From assembly GCA_963700145.1 (NCBI GenBank), contig OY969474.1, positions 3,136,001 to 3,200,000 of the forward strand: a stretch of DNA of 64,000 nt, written 5' to 3'. This document shows, one piece after another, positions 9,422 through 20,207 of the stretch (position 1 is the first letter of the stretch; each line of letters starts with the position of its first letter). This stretch comes from an uncultured Acidobacteriota bacterium. GTDB lineage: Bacteria; Acidobacteriota; Thermoanaerobaculia; Multivoradales; UBA5704. Both the position numbers and the translations under genes were made by a program. The notes beneath the pieces are model-generated. The model was not told the DNA's origin. It saw only the letters and a list, made by a program, of their open reading frames with translations, and ran no database searches.

Positions 9422-11719
9422 ATGCTGCCGCACGCCGGGAAGATGGTCGCCTTCGCCTCGCTCTGGCTGGGCGTCGTCGCCGGCAACGTGCCGGTCGAGC
9501 TGCTGGTGCCGCCCGGCACGGCGCGCGTCGAGCTCCTCCTGGACGGCCGTCCCGCCGGCGCGCTCGCGGCGGCCCCCTGGAAGCTCCCCGTAGACCTCGG
9601 CGAGGAGATCGCCCCGCACGAGCTGGTCGCCGTGGCGACCGACGCCGCGGGGGCCGAGCTCGGCCGGGCGCGGCAGTGGCTCAACCTGCCGCAGCCGCCC
9701 GCCGTCCTGGAGGTCACGCTGGAGGCCGACCCCGCGACCGGCGGCGTGGCGCGGGTCGCCTGGGCCGCGGTGGGGGGCGTCCAGCCGCTCGCGGTGCGCG
9801 CCGCGCTCGACGAGCAGCCGCTGCCGGTCCGCGACCCCGCCGTCGTCGCCCTGCCGCCCTTCGACGCCGACTCCCCCCACCTGCTGCGCGTCGAGGCCGA
9901 GTTCCCCGACGGCTACTCGGCGCGCCGCGACCTGGTCTTCGGCGGCGTCCTCGCCGAGGAGCTGACGTTCGAGCTGACCCACGTGCCGGTGCTCCTCGAA
10001 GGCAAACGGCTGGCGAGCGAGATCGTGGTGTTGGGCGGCGGCGAGCGGCTGGCGCCGATCGCCGTCGAGGAGGGGGAAGCGGACCTCGTCGTGGTCGTCG
10101 ACCCGAGCGCGCGCGAGGAGCTGCGCGCCCTGGCGCGCGAGGTGTCGCGCATGGGCACCATGCACCCCGGGGCGCGCGGCCTGCTGTCCAAGATCGACGG
10201 CCGCTTCGTCGCGCCGCTGCCGGCGGGGGCGCGGCTGCGGGTGATGTGGCCGGTGGCGCGGCGGACGGCGCGGCAGGCCCTGCGCTGGCAGGTCTTCGCC
10301 CACACCCAGGAGATGCCGGCGCGCGACGGCGGCCTCCTCTGGCACCTGCTGCGGCTGGGCGACCCGGCGCGCAAGGGGGCGGCGGCCTTGACCGACGCCG
10401 TCGCCGTCGCCGGCCTGGCGGCGGCGCAGAACACGCGCCGGCGCGCCGTCCTCCTGCTTCTCGGCCCCGAGCCCCAGGACATGAGCCTCTACGCCGCCGC
10501 CGCCGTGCGCCGCTATCTCGAGCGGCTGCGCGTGCCGCTGCACGTCTGGTCGGTCGGCGGCGAGGAGCCGCCGCCAATGTGGGCGGACGCCGAGCGGGTG
10601 CGCAACCTCGCCGGCTTCGAGCGTGCCATGAAGCGCCTCTCCGACGTGCTGGAGCGGCAGCGCATCGTCTGGGTGCCCGGCGCCCACCTGCCGCAGTCGC
10701 TGGCGCTGGCGCCGGAGGTGCAGGGCGTCGTGCCGATCGGCACGCTGGGGAGCGAGACCGCCGCCGAGGAGGTCGAAGAGGCCGCAGCCGTGGAGCTCGC
10801 GGCCGCCGCCGATCTGGCGCCGGCGCCGGTCCCGAGTCCCGCCGCGGCGGCCGCCATCGCCGTCCCCGCCGGGCTCGCCGCCTTCGCCGCCGGCCCCTTC
10901 TCCTTCCACACCGACCTCGAGGACCGCGCCACCGTCGCCGCGCTCAAGCGCGCGGCGCTCGCTCTGCCGCAGGTCTGGACGGACCGCTTCGGCGTGGCGC
11001 CCGAGGGCCCCCTCGGCGGCACGCTCCTGGTCTTCCGCCGCGACGAGGACTTCCGCGCCTTTGTGCGCGGCGAGGGCGAGGAGGTGGACCGCGGGGTGCG
11101 CGGCAGCGCCCGCGCCAGCCGGGTGGCCCTGGCCGCCGCCGGGGCGCCCACCGAGGAGGTGACGGCGCTTCTCGTCCACGAGCTGGCCCACCTGCTGTCG
11201 CGCCGCTCGTTCGAGCGCGAGCTGCCGCCCTGGCTGGAGGAGGGGCTGGCCGAGGAGCTGGCGCTGGCGCGGCAGGCGCGCAACGGCGCGATCGTGCCCG
11301 GCACCCTGCGCGGCCGCGTGCGGGCGCGGGCGCTCGACGCCGGCTCCAGCCGCCCGACCTTCGCCTCCCGCTTCGAGATCTCCGCCGACGGCGCCTACGG
11401 CGCGCTCTCGGCGCTGCTCGTCGCGCAGCGCAACGGCGCGGCGCCCTCGCTGGCCGAGCTCCTCGCCCTGCCGCACGCGGCCTTCACGCGCTACGAGGGG
11501 CGGCGCGAGCGCTACACCGCCAGCGCCTTTTTCGTCCGTTTCCTCCTCGACGGCCGCGAGCGCCGCGCCCGCGAGCGCTTCCACGCCTTCCTCGACGAAG
11601 TGGCGCGCGGCGGCGCCGCCGACGCCGAGGCCCTGACCGCCGCCCTCGGCGAGCCGCTCGCCCACCTCGAGCGCGACTACCTGGCCTGGCTGCGCCTCCA
11701 GGCGACCGTCAACCGCTAA
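9422..11719 (+). CDS. Hypothetical protein with Ig/vWA-like N-terminal region and C-terminal zinc-metallopeptidase-like domain
   Basis: LVHELAHL...PPWLEEGLAE gluzincin-type motif after an Ala/Pro/Glu linker. Confidence 0.7.
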   Translation: MLPHAGKMVAFASLWLGVVAGNVPVELLVPPGTARVELLLDGRPAGALAAAPWKLPVDLGEEIAPHELVAVATDAAGAELGRARQWLNLPQPPAVLEVTLEADPATGGVARVAWAAVGGVQPLAVRAALDEQPLPVRDPAVVALPPFDADSPHLLRVEAEFPDGYSARRDLVFGGVLAEELTFELTHVPVLLEGKRLASEIVVLGGGERLAPIAVEEGEADLVVVVDPSAREELRALAREVSRMGTMHPGARGLLSKIDGRFVAPLPAGARLRVMWPVARRTARQALRWQVFAHTQEMPARDGGLLWHLLRLGDPARKGAAALTDAVAVAGLAAAQNTRRRAVLLLLGPEPQDMSLYAAAAVRRYLERLRVPLHVWSVGGEEPPPMWADAERVRNLAGFERAMKRLSDVLERQRIVWVPGAHLPQSLALAPEVQGVVPIGTLGSETAAEEVEEAAAVELAAAADLAPAPVPSPAAAAAIAVPAGLAAFAAGPFSFHTDLEDRATVAALKRAALALPQVWTDRFGVAPEGPLGGTLLVFRRDEDFRAFVRGEGEEVDRGVRGSARASRVALAAAGAPTEEVTALLVHELAHLLSRRSFERELPPWLEEGLAEELALARQARNGAIVPGTLRGRVRARALDAGSSRPTFASRFEISADGAYGALSALLVAQRNGAAPSLAELLALPHAAFTRYEGRRERYTASAFFVRFLLDGRERRARERFHAFLDEVARGGAADAEALTAALGEPLAHLERDYLAWLRLQATVNR

Positions 11720-13056
11720 GCGCCGTCGCGGGGGCTCGGCTCCTCGGTGCCGTCGAGGTAGAGGCCGACCAGCCGCGCCACCTTCCCCACCGCGTCGCGC
11801 TCGAAGCGGACGCGGAAGAAGTCAAGGTCGCCGACCAGGAAGCGGTCGTCGCCGGCCGCTTGGAGGCGCACCTTCGGGCCGCCCTGCCGCTGGTACCAGA
11901 GCGCCCCGTTCTCGAGCGACACGAGGCGCGGGCCGTAGCTGCCGACGTAGGCCTGCATCTCGCCCTCGGAGAGCGTCACCTGCGCGCGGCGGTCCTCCAA
12001 TAGGCCGCGGGTGAACTCCGCCTCCGCCTTGACCTGCGGGTCAGTTGCCTTCGCGGCGACGGCGGCGAGCGCCTTGGCGTGCGCCACCTCGAGGGCCTCG
12101 GCGGCCGGTACCGCGATGTCGGGCTCGACGCCGGTGCCCTCCCAGTTGGTGCCGGTGATCGGGTTGACGGCGCGGCCGGAGGGGAGGCTGACGACGACCG
12201 GATAGCCCTTCACCCGGTGCTCGTCGGTGGGATGGGCGCCGCCGCCGGTCGTCTCGCCGACGATCGTCGCGCGCTTCAGGTTCTTCAGGTTGTAGGCGAA
12301 CTCCTCGGCGCCGGAGAAGCTGCGCCCGCTGGTCAGGACGAAGACCGGCACGTCGGGGAGACGCGTGCCCGGCACCCAGGCGTGGGTCCAGAACTGCTCG
12401 GTGCGGTCCCCCCTGCGGACGTAGAAGCTGTTGAGGTGGGTCGGCTCCTCGGGCAGCAGGTAGCTGGTCAGGAGCTGGATCATCGTCGGGTTGCCGCCGC
12501 CGTTCTGGCGCAGGTCGAAGATCAGCGCGTCGCTGCCGGCGAGGAAGCTCATCGCCGCGACGGCCGTGGCGCCGCCGAGCTCGGCCGGCGCGAAGCAGTC
12601 GAGCCGCAGGTAGCCGACGTTGCCGGCCAGGCGCTCGATCTTGCGGAAGCAGTAGTTGTCGCGGCGGATCGCGGCGCGCCGGCGCTCCATCTGCTGCTCC
12701 GGCGTGAGCGCGGTGCCGCCGGCCGGGGCCGGCTCCTGCGGCGCCCACATGACGCCGAGGTGGAGGTCCTTGCTCACCGACCGCAGGTCCTCGGTGAGCT
12801 GGTTGGCGAAGGCGTCGAGGGTGGCGAGCCGGTCGTAGGCGCCGCTCGCGAGCTGCCGGCGGACGTGCTCCTCCATCTTCTTGGCCGTCTCCGGGAAGAC
12901 GTAGCTCTCGTTCAGGACGGCGGCGACGTCGTCGACGATCGCCTGCCGGTCCTTGGCGGCGATCGTGGGGGGCGGCGGCGGCGCGGCGACGGCCGGCGTG
13001 GCGAGCGCGGCGGCGAGGCAGAGGGCGGCGAGGCGGTGAGCGGAGTTACGGCGCAT
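11716..13056 (-). CDS. S41 family peptidase, secreted
   Basis: NVGYLRL, FDLRQNGGG, SFSGAEEFAY, VGETTGGGAHP, WEGTGVEPD; AGGAGG RBS before ATG 13056. Confidence 0.9.
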   Translation of the reverse strand: MRRNSAHRLAALCLAAALATPAVAAPPPPPTIAAKDRQAIVDDVAAVLNESYVFPETAKKMEEHVRRQLASGAYDRLATLDAFANQLTEDLRSVSKDLHLGVMWAPQEPAPAGGTALTPEQQMERRRAAIRRDNYCFRKIERLAGNVGYLRLDCFAPAELGGATAVAAMSFLAGSDALIFDLRQNGGGNPTMIQLLTSYLLPEEPTHLNSFYVRRGDRTEQFWTHAWVPGTRLPDVPVFVLTSGRSFSGAEEFAYNLKNLKRATIVGETTGGGAHPTDEHRVKGYPVVVSLPSGRAVNPITGTNWEGTGVEPDIAVPAAEALEVAHAKALAAVAAKATDPQVKAEAEFTRGLLEDRRAQVTLSEGEMQAYVGSYGPRLVSLENGALWYQRQGGPKVRLQAAGDDRFLVGDLDFFRVRFERDAVGKVARLVGLYLDGTEEPSPRDGA

Positions 13057-13144
13057 ACGGAAACCTCCTTGCGGCCGATGGATACGAGGAGAGCGGAAGG
13101 AGGTTTCAGCGATTAGGATCGGCGGCGAAAGCGAGGAGACCCGA

Positions 13145-13657
13145 ATGGCCACGACCAAGACCCCGAAAGAGCAGTTCCTCGACGCCTACGAGCGCGAGCA
13201 CCGGACGACGATGAAGGTCCTGCGCGCCTACCCGCCCGAGAAGGCGGACCTCCGTCCCCATGAGAAGTGCAAGACCGCGAAGGAGCTGGCCTGGATCTTC
13301 GTCCTCGAGCGCGGCCTCGGCACGATGGGGCTCAAGGACGTCTTCGCGAGCGGCAACGCGGTCGCCGGGCAGGTGCCGCCGCCGCCGGACACCTGGGAAG
13401 AGGTGCTCGCCGCGCTCGAGAAGGCGCACGGCGAGTTCGCCGAGACCGTGCGCTCCTACAGCGACGAGGAGCTCGAGGAGCGGATCAAGTTCTTCGTCGG
13501 CCCCGGCACCCTCGGCGACTGGACGCGCACCGAGTTCGCCTGGTTCCTGCTCCACGACCAGATCCACCATCGCGGGCAGTTCTCGATCTACCTGCGCATG
13601 GCCGGCGGCAAGGTGCCGTCGATCTACGGCCCGAGCGGCGACGAGCCCTGGTTCTAG
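13145..13657 (+). CDS. DinB family protein
   Basis: HDQIHHRGQFSIYLRMAGGKVPSIYGPS. Confidence 0.9.
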   Translation: MATTKTPKEQFLDAYEREHRTTMKVLRAYPPEKADLRPHEKCKTAKELAWIFVLERGLGTMGLKDVFASGNAVAGQVPPPPDTWEEVLAALEKAHGEFAETVRSYSDEELEERIKFFVGPGTLGDWTRTEFAWFLLHDQIHHRGQFSIYLRMAGGKVPSIYGPSGDEPWF

Positions 13658-13659
13658 AC

Positions 13660-14766
13660 GTGCGGCGGCGAACCGGCGGCCTGGCGCTGGCGCTTCTCCT
13701 TGCCGGCTGCGGGCCGCCGGCCGAGGAGCTCGCGGCGCGCTTGCGCGACGGCGCGACGGCGGAGCGGCGGCAGGCGGCGGAGGGGCTCGGCCGCAGCGGC
13801 GGGCCCGCGGCGGTGGGTGCGCTCTGCGCCGCGCTGGATGACGCGGAGTGGACCGTGCGCGTCGAAGCGGCGCGCGCTCTCGGGCGGATCGGCGCGGCGG
13901 AGGGGATCGGCTGTCTGACGAAGGCGCTGGAAGAGGACGACGTCCAGACCCAGATCACGGCGGTCAAGGCGCTCGCCGCGATCGGCCGGGCGGCGGCCGG
14001 CCCGATGCTCGCCGCCCTGCCGCGCACCCGCGGCCCGGTCCGCGACGCGCTCGCCGCCGCCGCCGGCCGTGTCGACGACCCGCGCGCCGTGGCGCCGTTG
14101 CGCTCGCTTGTGGCGCGCGCCGACGGGGCCGAGAACGGCGCCGCGAGCGGGCTGGTCGCGCTCGGCCGGCCCGACGTCCTCCTCCCCTTCCTCGAAGAGC
14201 CGGCGGGCTCGCCGCGCCGCCGGGCCGCCGCCCGCGCGCTGGGGATGGCGCGCGACCCGGCCTCGCTCGCGGCGCTCGACCGCGTCCTGCGGCGCCAGGA
14301 CGGGACGCTCGACCCCGACGTCGCGCTGGCGCTCGTCCGCCGCCGCCGGCTCGACCCGGTCATCGCGGCCCTCGACACGGACGCTCCCGACGCCGACCGC
14401 CGCGTCGCCGCCGACGCCCTCGCCGCGAGCCCCGAGCGGCGCGCCGAACGGGCGCTCGACCGCGCGATCGGCCGCCGCGACCTCGCCGCCGTCGCCGGCG
14501 CCCACCTCCGGCTCATCCGGCAGGGCCGCCCCGAGTCCGAGCCGCTCCTCCTCGCCGCCCTCGCCGCCGGCGGCGACGAGCGGATGGCGATCCGCTTCTG
14601 GGAGTGCGGCAACCCAAGGCTCGCCGCCGCCGGCAAGGCCTGGCTCGAAGCCCACGGCCTCAAGGAGGTGGGAGGCCGCTGGGTGCCCGCCGACTTCGAC
14701 TACGTCATCCTCCCCGGCGCCGCCGCGGCGCCGCGCGAGCCGGAAGTGCGCTGGGGACGGCCGTAG
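13660..14766 (+). CDS. HEAT-repeat lipoprotein
   Basis: GTG start, LLLAGC lipobox, repeated VRVEAARALGRIG-type motifs. Confidence 0.8.
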   Translation: MRRRTGGLALALLLAGCGPPAEELAARLRDGATAERRQAAEGLGRSGGPAAVGALCAALDDAEWTVRVEAARALGRIGAAEGIGCLTKALEEDDVQTQITAVKALAAIGRAAAGPMLAALPRTRGPVRDALAAAAGRVDDPRAVAPLRSLVARADGAENGAASGLVALGRPDVLLPFLEEPAGSPRRRAAARALGMARDPASLAALDRVLRRQDGTLDPDVALALVRRRRLDPVIAALDTDAPDADRRVAADALAASPERRAERALDRAIGRRDLAAVAGAHLRLIRQGRPESEPLLLAALAAGGDERMAIRFWECGNPRLAAAGKAWLEAHGLKEVGGRWVPADFDYVILPGAAAAPREPEVRWGRP

Positions 14767-14784
14767 AGAGCCATAGCTTGGGTC

Positions 14785-14980
14785 TCACGGAGTCCGGGTC
14801 CGTCAAGGCTCTTGAACCTAGAGGACGCACTGGACCATTTTCTCGATCGGTTTCCAGGAGTGGACCCCGCGAGCAGATCGAGGCCGCCCCGAGCACGCCG
14901 GGCAGAGCCCTCGCCCAGCAGAACCCGGCAGGACTGCCGCTCGCACCAGCGTGAGAAACCTGCTCGACTAAACAACCTCG
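14785..14980 (+). pseudogene. Frameshifted remnant of a DUF433 + DUF5615(PIN)-like TA pair
   Basis: Fragments SVKAL / DALDHFLDRFPGV / PREQIEAA in different frames, then an overlapping GTG start VRNLLD* resembling MRILLDEN. Confidence 0.5.
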
Positions 14981-15061
14981 GCGCCGTTGCGCGATGCCGT
15001 TGAAACGACATTGTGCTTCCACGAATCCAGCACTTTCCGACGCGTCGTGGTTTGATCGCCA

Positions 15062-15687
15062 CTAAGCTTCACCGGGGCCATTGGCTCCAAACCAGGTGCG
15101 AAGCAGTTCCCTGAAACGGAGAAAAGCGCGATCCCGGCACCGACTCTAACCCGTTCCGCGAGGTCACGATAAATGGATGACGACCGGGGTTTCCTCACCT
15201 GACGTAGTGCCCACTCGAGGGAACGCTTCGGATCCTGCGGCTTAGTATTCCCTCTCGGCCACAAGCCCTCGTTATCGAGCGCGCTCCGCAGGTCGCGACC
15301 GTGACTGTCCCAGCCGAGCGCCCGCGTGACATGTGGCGAGTCGCTGAACACCCAGACCTCAAGCTCTGGCTCAATCACGACGGCACGGGCCCAGTCCCCT
15401 AGGCCGCCAGAAATGAGTCTGTTCTCCAGCATCCACTCGGTCTCCTCAGCCCCCTCTCCAGGCGCGCCCTGCCATCCCTGATCGAGAAGGACGAGGGCGT
15501 GGCGGGTATCCGCGCAATACCCGCGCAGTAGACCGTCGGGCTCGTGGAAGCAGCCGGGATCGCGACGCGGGTGGACAAGCACTTCGAATTCGATGTGACG
15601 GATCCCGAGGGCCTCTGGCCTAGCCAGTACCCCCTTTACAGTTGCCTCCATGTTCCTGTCCGCCACAACGCAAACAAGATCTCTCAT
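15062..15687 (-). pseudogene. MAD4-like (TOPRIM-like) partner of the ABC ATPase, frameshifted near its C-terminus
   Basis: MRDLVCVVADRNME...HPRRDPGC...VIEPELEVWV...KPQDPK; the expected tail SRCRDRAFLRFRELLRTWF lies in another frame after about 15146. Confidence 0.65.
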
Positions 15688-16994
15688 GCGAGCAACCCAC
15701 TCGCAAGTAGCGTCCCTAGGTCGACTTCCCCCTTCCACTCACGCAGACGCGGGTGCTCGTTGCCCGGCACGACGTCGGTCGCACCTTCCACGTTGCGCGC
15801 GAAACACAGAACCTGGGCCAGCTCCGCCATGCTCACGATTACTGGAGAATGCGTGGCGAGCAACACTTGAGCGCCGTACACCGAGGAAAGCGACTGGAAT
15901 ACCGTCTCGACCGCCCGAGGATGAATGCCGTTCTCGGGCTCTTCGATGAGATAGAGCCCAGAAAGATCTGGCAGATAGGCGAGAAGCGTAAGCGCGAGCA
16001 ATCGAAGCGTACCGTCCGAGACAAGCCAGGAGGGCGCCTCTAGTCCGCTGAGATAGCGCAGGATTAGGTAGCGATGACGATCTTCTTCTCGTTCACGCGT
16101 TGTGATGGATTGGAGATCGGGCAGTGCCTCACGGACGTGCCGGACCCACTCCTCGAAGCGTGCCGGATGCTTCCTCTGAAGCGCGTTGACGACATGCGGA
16201 AGGTTTGAGCCATCAGGAAGGTACCCACGTGCGCGGCCCGGCGGGCTTGGCTTTCGCATGTCCTCGCTTGAAAGGACCAGCCGCTGCACGCCTGCCCCGA
16301 GGACGTCGCGAAACCACGTTGCCACGGGAAACCGCTCCTTGTCCTCTGGAAGACTTGCGAGAGCAGCCTTGTCGGCCCCGAGGCGGAACGGATTGTTCCA
16401 TCCCGAAGTCTCGGAAAGGAACATCACCTTTTCCGGTTCCTCCCCTCGGGAGATAACCTTCTTCCAGCCTGGCGGCGTGTGCCTCCGCGGTGGATGCACA
16501 ATGCTCTCGGGAGGACTCGGAGGTTGGGGAAAGAGCGACCGCTGGGGAGCTGAGCTGGTTCGATCCTCCGCTGGCTTGAGCCACAGGGTCTCGGCGACTA
16601 GTCGTAGGTGGCCTGAAACGTCGATTGCGACCTCATAACGGCACTGTTCGGCACTGCCATTCTTGAGTCGCTCGCGACGATCGGGGGGGATGCTGAGTTC
16701 TACCGCCAGCTCGAATCGGCCGCCGTGTCGCATCCACGTTAGATGCTTGGCGTCGGGAGCCCGGTGCGGGATGCCGAGACGGGAATCGCCCTGAAGCGCG
16801 ACTTCTACTCCTGCACGGACGATGTCGCCCAGCAGAGCAACCACATCGAGAAAAGTCGACTTGCCACTGGCATTCGGTCCGACGAGGACATGGAGTGCAT
16901 CTAGCTCTTGGGAGACATACCGCAAAGAGCGGTAGCTGAGCGCTTCAACCCGCGTCACGATTCCCGCGGTTGTACCGGCGTCCTTCGTGCTCAC
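15684..16994 (-). CDS. ABC/AAA_21 ATPase, MAD3-like (defence-associated)
   Basis: Walker A GPNASGKS, LVSDGTLRLLAL, Walker B LIEEPENGIHP, H-loop ATHSP; GAGGAG RBS before GTG 16994. Confidence 0.85.
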   Translation of the reverse strand: MSTKDAGTTAGIVTRVEALSYRSLRYVSQELDALHVLVGPNASGKSTFLDVVALLGDIVRAGVEVALQGDSRLGIPHRAPDAKHLTWMRHGGRFELAVELSIPPDRRERLKNGSAEQCRYEVAIDVSGHLRLVAETLWLKPAEDRTSSAPQRSLFPQPPSPPESIVHPPRRHTPPGWKKVISRGEEPEKVMFLSETSGWNNPFRLGADKAALASLPEDKERFPVATWFRDVLGAGVQRLVLSSEDMRKPSPPGRARGYLPDGSNLPHVVNALQRKHPARFEEWVRHVREALPDLQSITTREREEDRHRYLILRYLSGLEAPSWLVSDGTLRLLALTLLAYLPDLSGLYLIEEPENGIHPRAVETVFQSLSSVYGAQVLLATHSPVIVSMAELAQVLCFARNVEGATDVVPGNEHPRLREWKGEVDLGTLLASGLLA

Positions 16995-17345
16995 CGCATC
17001 TCTCCTCTGCAAATAGAGTCCCTTGATCGCGCTCCGTGCTCAGACCTTCTTGAGCGGGTCTCTGCGGGCGGCCAGGGCCTTGTGGCCAGCTCTAGAACTT
17101 CGGGGGCCGTACCGAAGCCACATTGACAGAGGATGGCAGGATGTCGCGCCGCAGTGATGGTTCGGAGATCTTCGCGCTTGATCATGCAGACGACTCACCC
17201 CCTCGAGGCCCATCGCCGGATACCCCATGGCCTCGGATCTTGACGGCAGGACCTGATGAAGGAACCACATTCTAGCGTGGGCAGCTACTCTGCCGGCTAA
17301 GTCCTACTGCAGTCGGCGTCCTTCGCCCGCGATACGCTCCGGGGC

Positions 17346-18179
17346 ATGGACCCCCGGGACCTCCGTCCGCTCCCCTTCGGCACCTTCATCGGCGAGCGCC
17401 GGCACGCGATCGCCGTGCGGGGGTTTTCGCTGGCGGAGATCGTCGATCGGCGGGACGAGCCGATCTTCCGGCACACGCATGAGGACGCCCACTTCTGCTT
17501 CGTCCTGAAGGGGCGGTGGATTACCGAGGCGCGCGGCGTCGAGGCGGTCTGCGCGCCGGCGACGATGATCTGGAACCCGGCGGGCACGACGCACTTCGAT
17601 CGGTTCCACGCCGGGTCGCGCGGCGGGAGCTTCCTCACGCTCTCGGTCGCGGCCGAGGCGATCGAGCTGGCGGGCGGGCACCGCGGCCTCCTCGATCACG
17701 CCGTGGGCTTCGCGGCGGGGGAGCTGCCGGCCCTCGGCGCCAAGCTCTTCCGCGAGCTGCGCGCCGGCGACGACCTCTCGCCGCTCGTCGTCGAGGGGCT
17801 CGCGCTCGAGCTCCTCGCGCACGCCGCGCGCGAGGCCGATCGCGCCGGCCGCGGGACGCAAGCCTGGCTGGGCCGGGCGCACGAGCTGATCCGCGACAGC
17901 TACCGCAGCCGCCTCACCGTCCGCCAGATCGCCGCCGACCTCGGCGTCAACCCGCTGCACTTGAGCCGCTCCTTCTGGCGGCGCTTCGGCTGCACGCCGG
18001 GCGATTTCCTGCGCCAGTGCCGGGTGCGTCGCGCGGCGGAGCTGCTCGGGAAATCGCGGGTCAGCCTGGCCGAGGTGGCGCTCGAGAGCGGCTTCGCCGA
18101 CCAGGCGCAGCTCACCAAGTCCTTCAAGCGCGTCACCGGGACGACGCCGGGCCGCTACCGCAAGCTCCTCGCTTCCTGA
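17346..18179 (+). CDS. AraC family transcriptional regulator
   Basis: Cupin HTHEDAH; C-terminal VALESGFADQAQLTKSFKRVTGTTPGRYR. Confidence 0.92.
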   Translation: MDPRDLRPLPFGTFIGERRHAIAVRGFSLAEIVDRRDEPIFRHTHEDAHFCFVLKGRWITEARGVEAVCAPATMIWNPAGTTHFDRFHAGSRGGSFLTLSVAAEAIELAGGHRGLLDHAVGFAAGELPALGAKLFRELRAGDDLSPLVVEGLALELLAHAAREADRAGRGTQAWLGRAHELIRDSYRSRLTVRQIAADLGVNPLHLSRSFWRRFGCTPGDFLRQCRVRRAAELLGKSRVSLAEVALESGFADQAQLTKSFKRVTGTTPGRYRKLLAS

Positions 18180-18237
18180 CAATCGGCGCGAAACGACAAG
18201 ACGCGGCCGGCGCGGCGCGATAGCTTGGCGCCCGCCA

Positions 18238-20207
18238 TGAACGCCGCGCTCGCGCTCTCCCTGCTGCTCCTGCTCTTCAGCGCTCCGGCGCCCGCCGCCG
18301 CGCCGCCGGCCAAGCGCCCGATGACGGTGGACGACCAGTTCCGCCTCGCCGCGCCCGGCACGCCGCTGCTGTCGCCCGACGGGCGGTGGGTGCTCTACAC
18401 CGTCGAGCGCGCCTCGCTGGCCGAGAACGCGCGCCACACCTCGACCTGGCTCGCCGCCGCCGACGGCCGCGTCCCGGCGCGGGAGTTCCTGCGCGAGGGG
18501 GACTCCTCGCCGACGTGGGCGCCGACCTCGCGCTCGGTCTTCTTCTTCCGCGGCGGCGAGCTTTTCGAGCAGGGGGTCGAGGAGACCGGCGCCGTGCAGC
18601 GCAGCCGCCTCGGGGTCGAGGACCCCGGCAGCTGGCAGCTCGCCCGCGACGGCAAGTCCTTCCTCGTCGTCCGCCAGGAGGCCTCCCCGTCCGGGCCCGG
18701 CGCCGACTCCGACGTCGTCTACGTCGACGAGGGCTCGAACGGGCAGACCCGGGACTTCTGGACCAACCTCTGGCGCTACGACCTCGCGGCCGGGACCCTG
18801 GCGCGGGTCACGCAGCGCGACTGGTCGATCGGCGGCTCGGACCTCTCGCCCGACGGTCGCACCGCGGTCGTCGCGGCGCGGCCGGACAACGGGCGGAACA
18901 CGCGGGCCAAGACCGAGTTCTACACCGTCGATCTCGCGACCGGCGCGGTCCGCCAGCTCACCCGCAACGGGGTGCCCGAGAGCGGCCCGCTCTGGTCGCC
19001 GGACGGCAAGTCCGTCCTCTTCACCGCGGTGCGCCTCGACCGCTGGGAGCACGGCAACGGCGACCTCTGGCTGCTGGACGTCGAGAGCGGCGAGGCGCGG
19101 AACCTGACGCCGAACCACACCGGGCGGTTCATCCAGCCGGTCTTCGCGCCGGACGGGAGCGCGCTCTTCGTCACCAGCGGCTACGGCACCACCCGCTTCC
19201 CGGTGCGCATCGACGTCGCCTCCGGCCGCATCGCCCCGCTCGTCGAGACGGCGGGCAACGTCCGAGTCGGCTCCTGGTCCGACGACCGGCGGAGCTTCGC
19301 CTACGTCTACCAGGACTTCACGACGCCGCCGGACGTCTACGTCGGCCGCACCGGCGACGCCGCCGACCGCCAGCACCGCGTCACCGACTTGAACCCCTGG
19401 GTGCGCGAGGAGATCGCGCTGGGTTCGGTCGAGACGGTGCGCTGGCCGAGCCTCGACGGCAAGGAGATCGAGGGCCTGCTCCACCTGCCGCCCGGCGCCG
19501 CCGCCGCTCCCGGACCGCGCCCGCTCCTCGTCCACGTCGCCTGCGGGCCGGGCTGCGCCTGGCTGAACCAGTTCGCGGTCAAGAACCACGTCTGGGCGGG
19601 GCTCGGCTACGCCCAGCTCTCGCCCAACGTCCGCGGCGCGAGCAACTACGACGACGCGCACATGCAAGGCAACCGCTTCGACATCGGCGGCGGCGACCGG
19701 CAGGACCTTCTAGCCGGCGTCGACGCGATGATCGCGCGCCAGATCGCGGACCCGGAGCGGTTGGGGATCGGCGGCTGGTCCTACGGCGGCATCCTCGCCG
19801 GCTACACGATCACCACGACCACGCGCTTCAAGGCCGCGAGCCTCGGCGCGATGGTGAGCGACTGGACGAGCGAGTACGGCGCCGGCGCCAACTACGACAT
19901 GGAGCTCTGGTACATCGGCGGCGATCCGTGGAGCAACCCGCAGTGGCGCGAGCGCAGCCCGCTGACCCACGCCGACCGCGTGCGCACGCCGACCATCCTG
20001 CACCACGGCGACCTAGACGACACCGACTCGCCGTTCCACAGCCTCAACTACTTCGCCGCGATCAAGCGGGCCGGCACGCCGGCGCGCCTCATCCGCTACC
20101 CGACCGAGGGGCACGACTTCCGGCAGCCGCGCAGCCTCAAGCTCCGCGACACGGAAGACATCGCCTGGATGCAGCGGTACGTGCGGGGAGCGGAGAGCCC
20201 GCCCTAG
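18238..20207 (+). CDS. S9 family peptidase (acylaminoacyl/dipeptidyl peptidase-like), secreted
   Basis: Signal peptide, SPDG beta-propeller repeats, GGWSYGG nucleophile, EGH catalytic His. Confidence 0.92.

Noticed and set aside
7372-12003. 1543-aa ORF and similar long Arg/Gly/Ala-rich ORFs (3747-6413, 18386-21037, 44077-47367, 41657-44161)
   Set aside because: Shadow frames of high-GC genes; they overlap well-supported CDSs and have no motifs
14968-17012. Complete MADS, retron or PARIS system
   Set aside because: Only an ATPase and one partner are present; no methyltransferase, RT or msr-msd, and family identity is unverified
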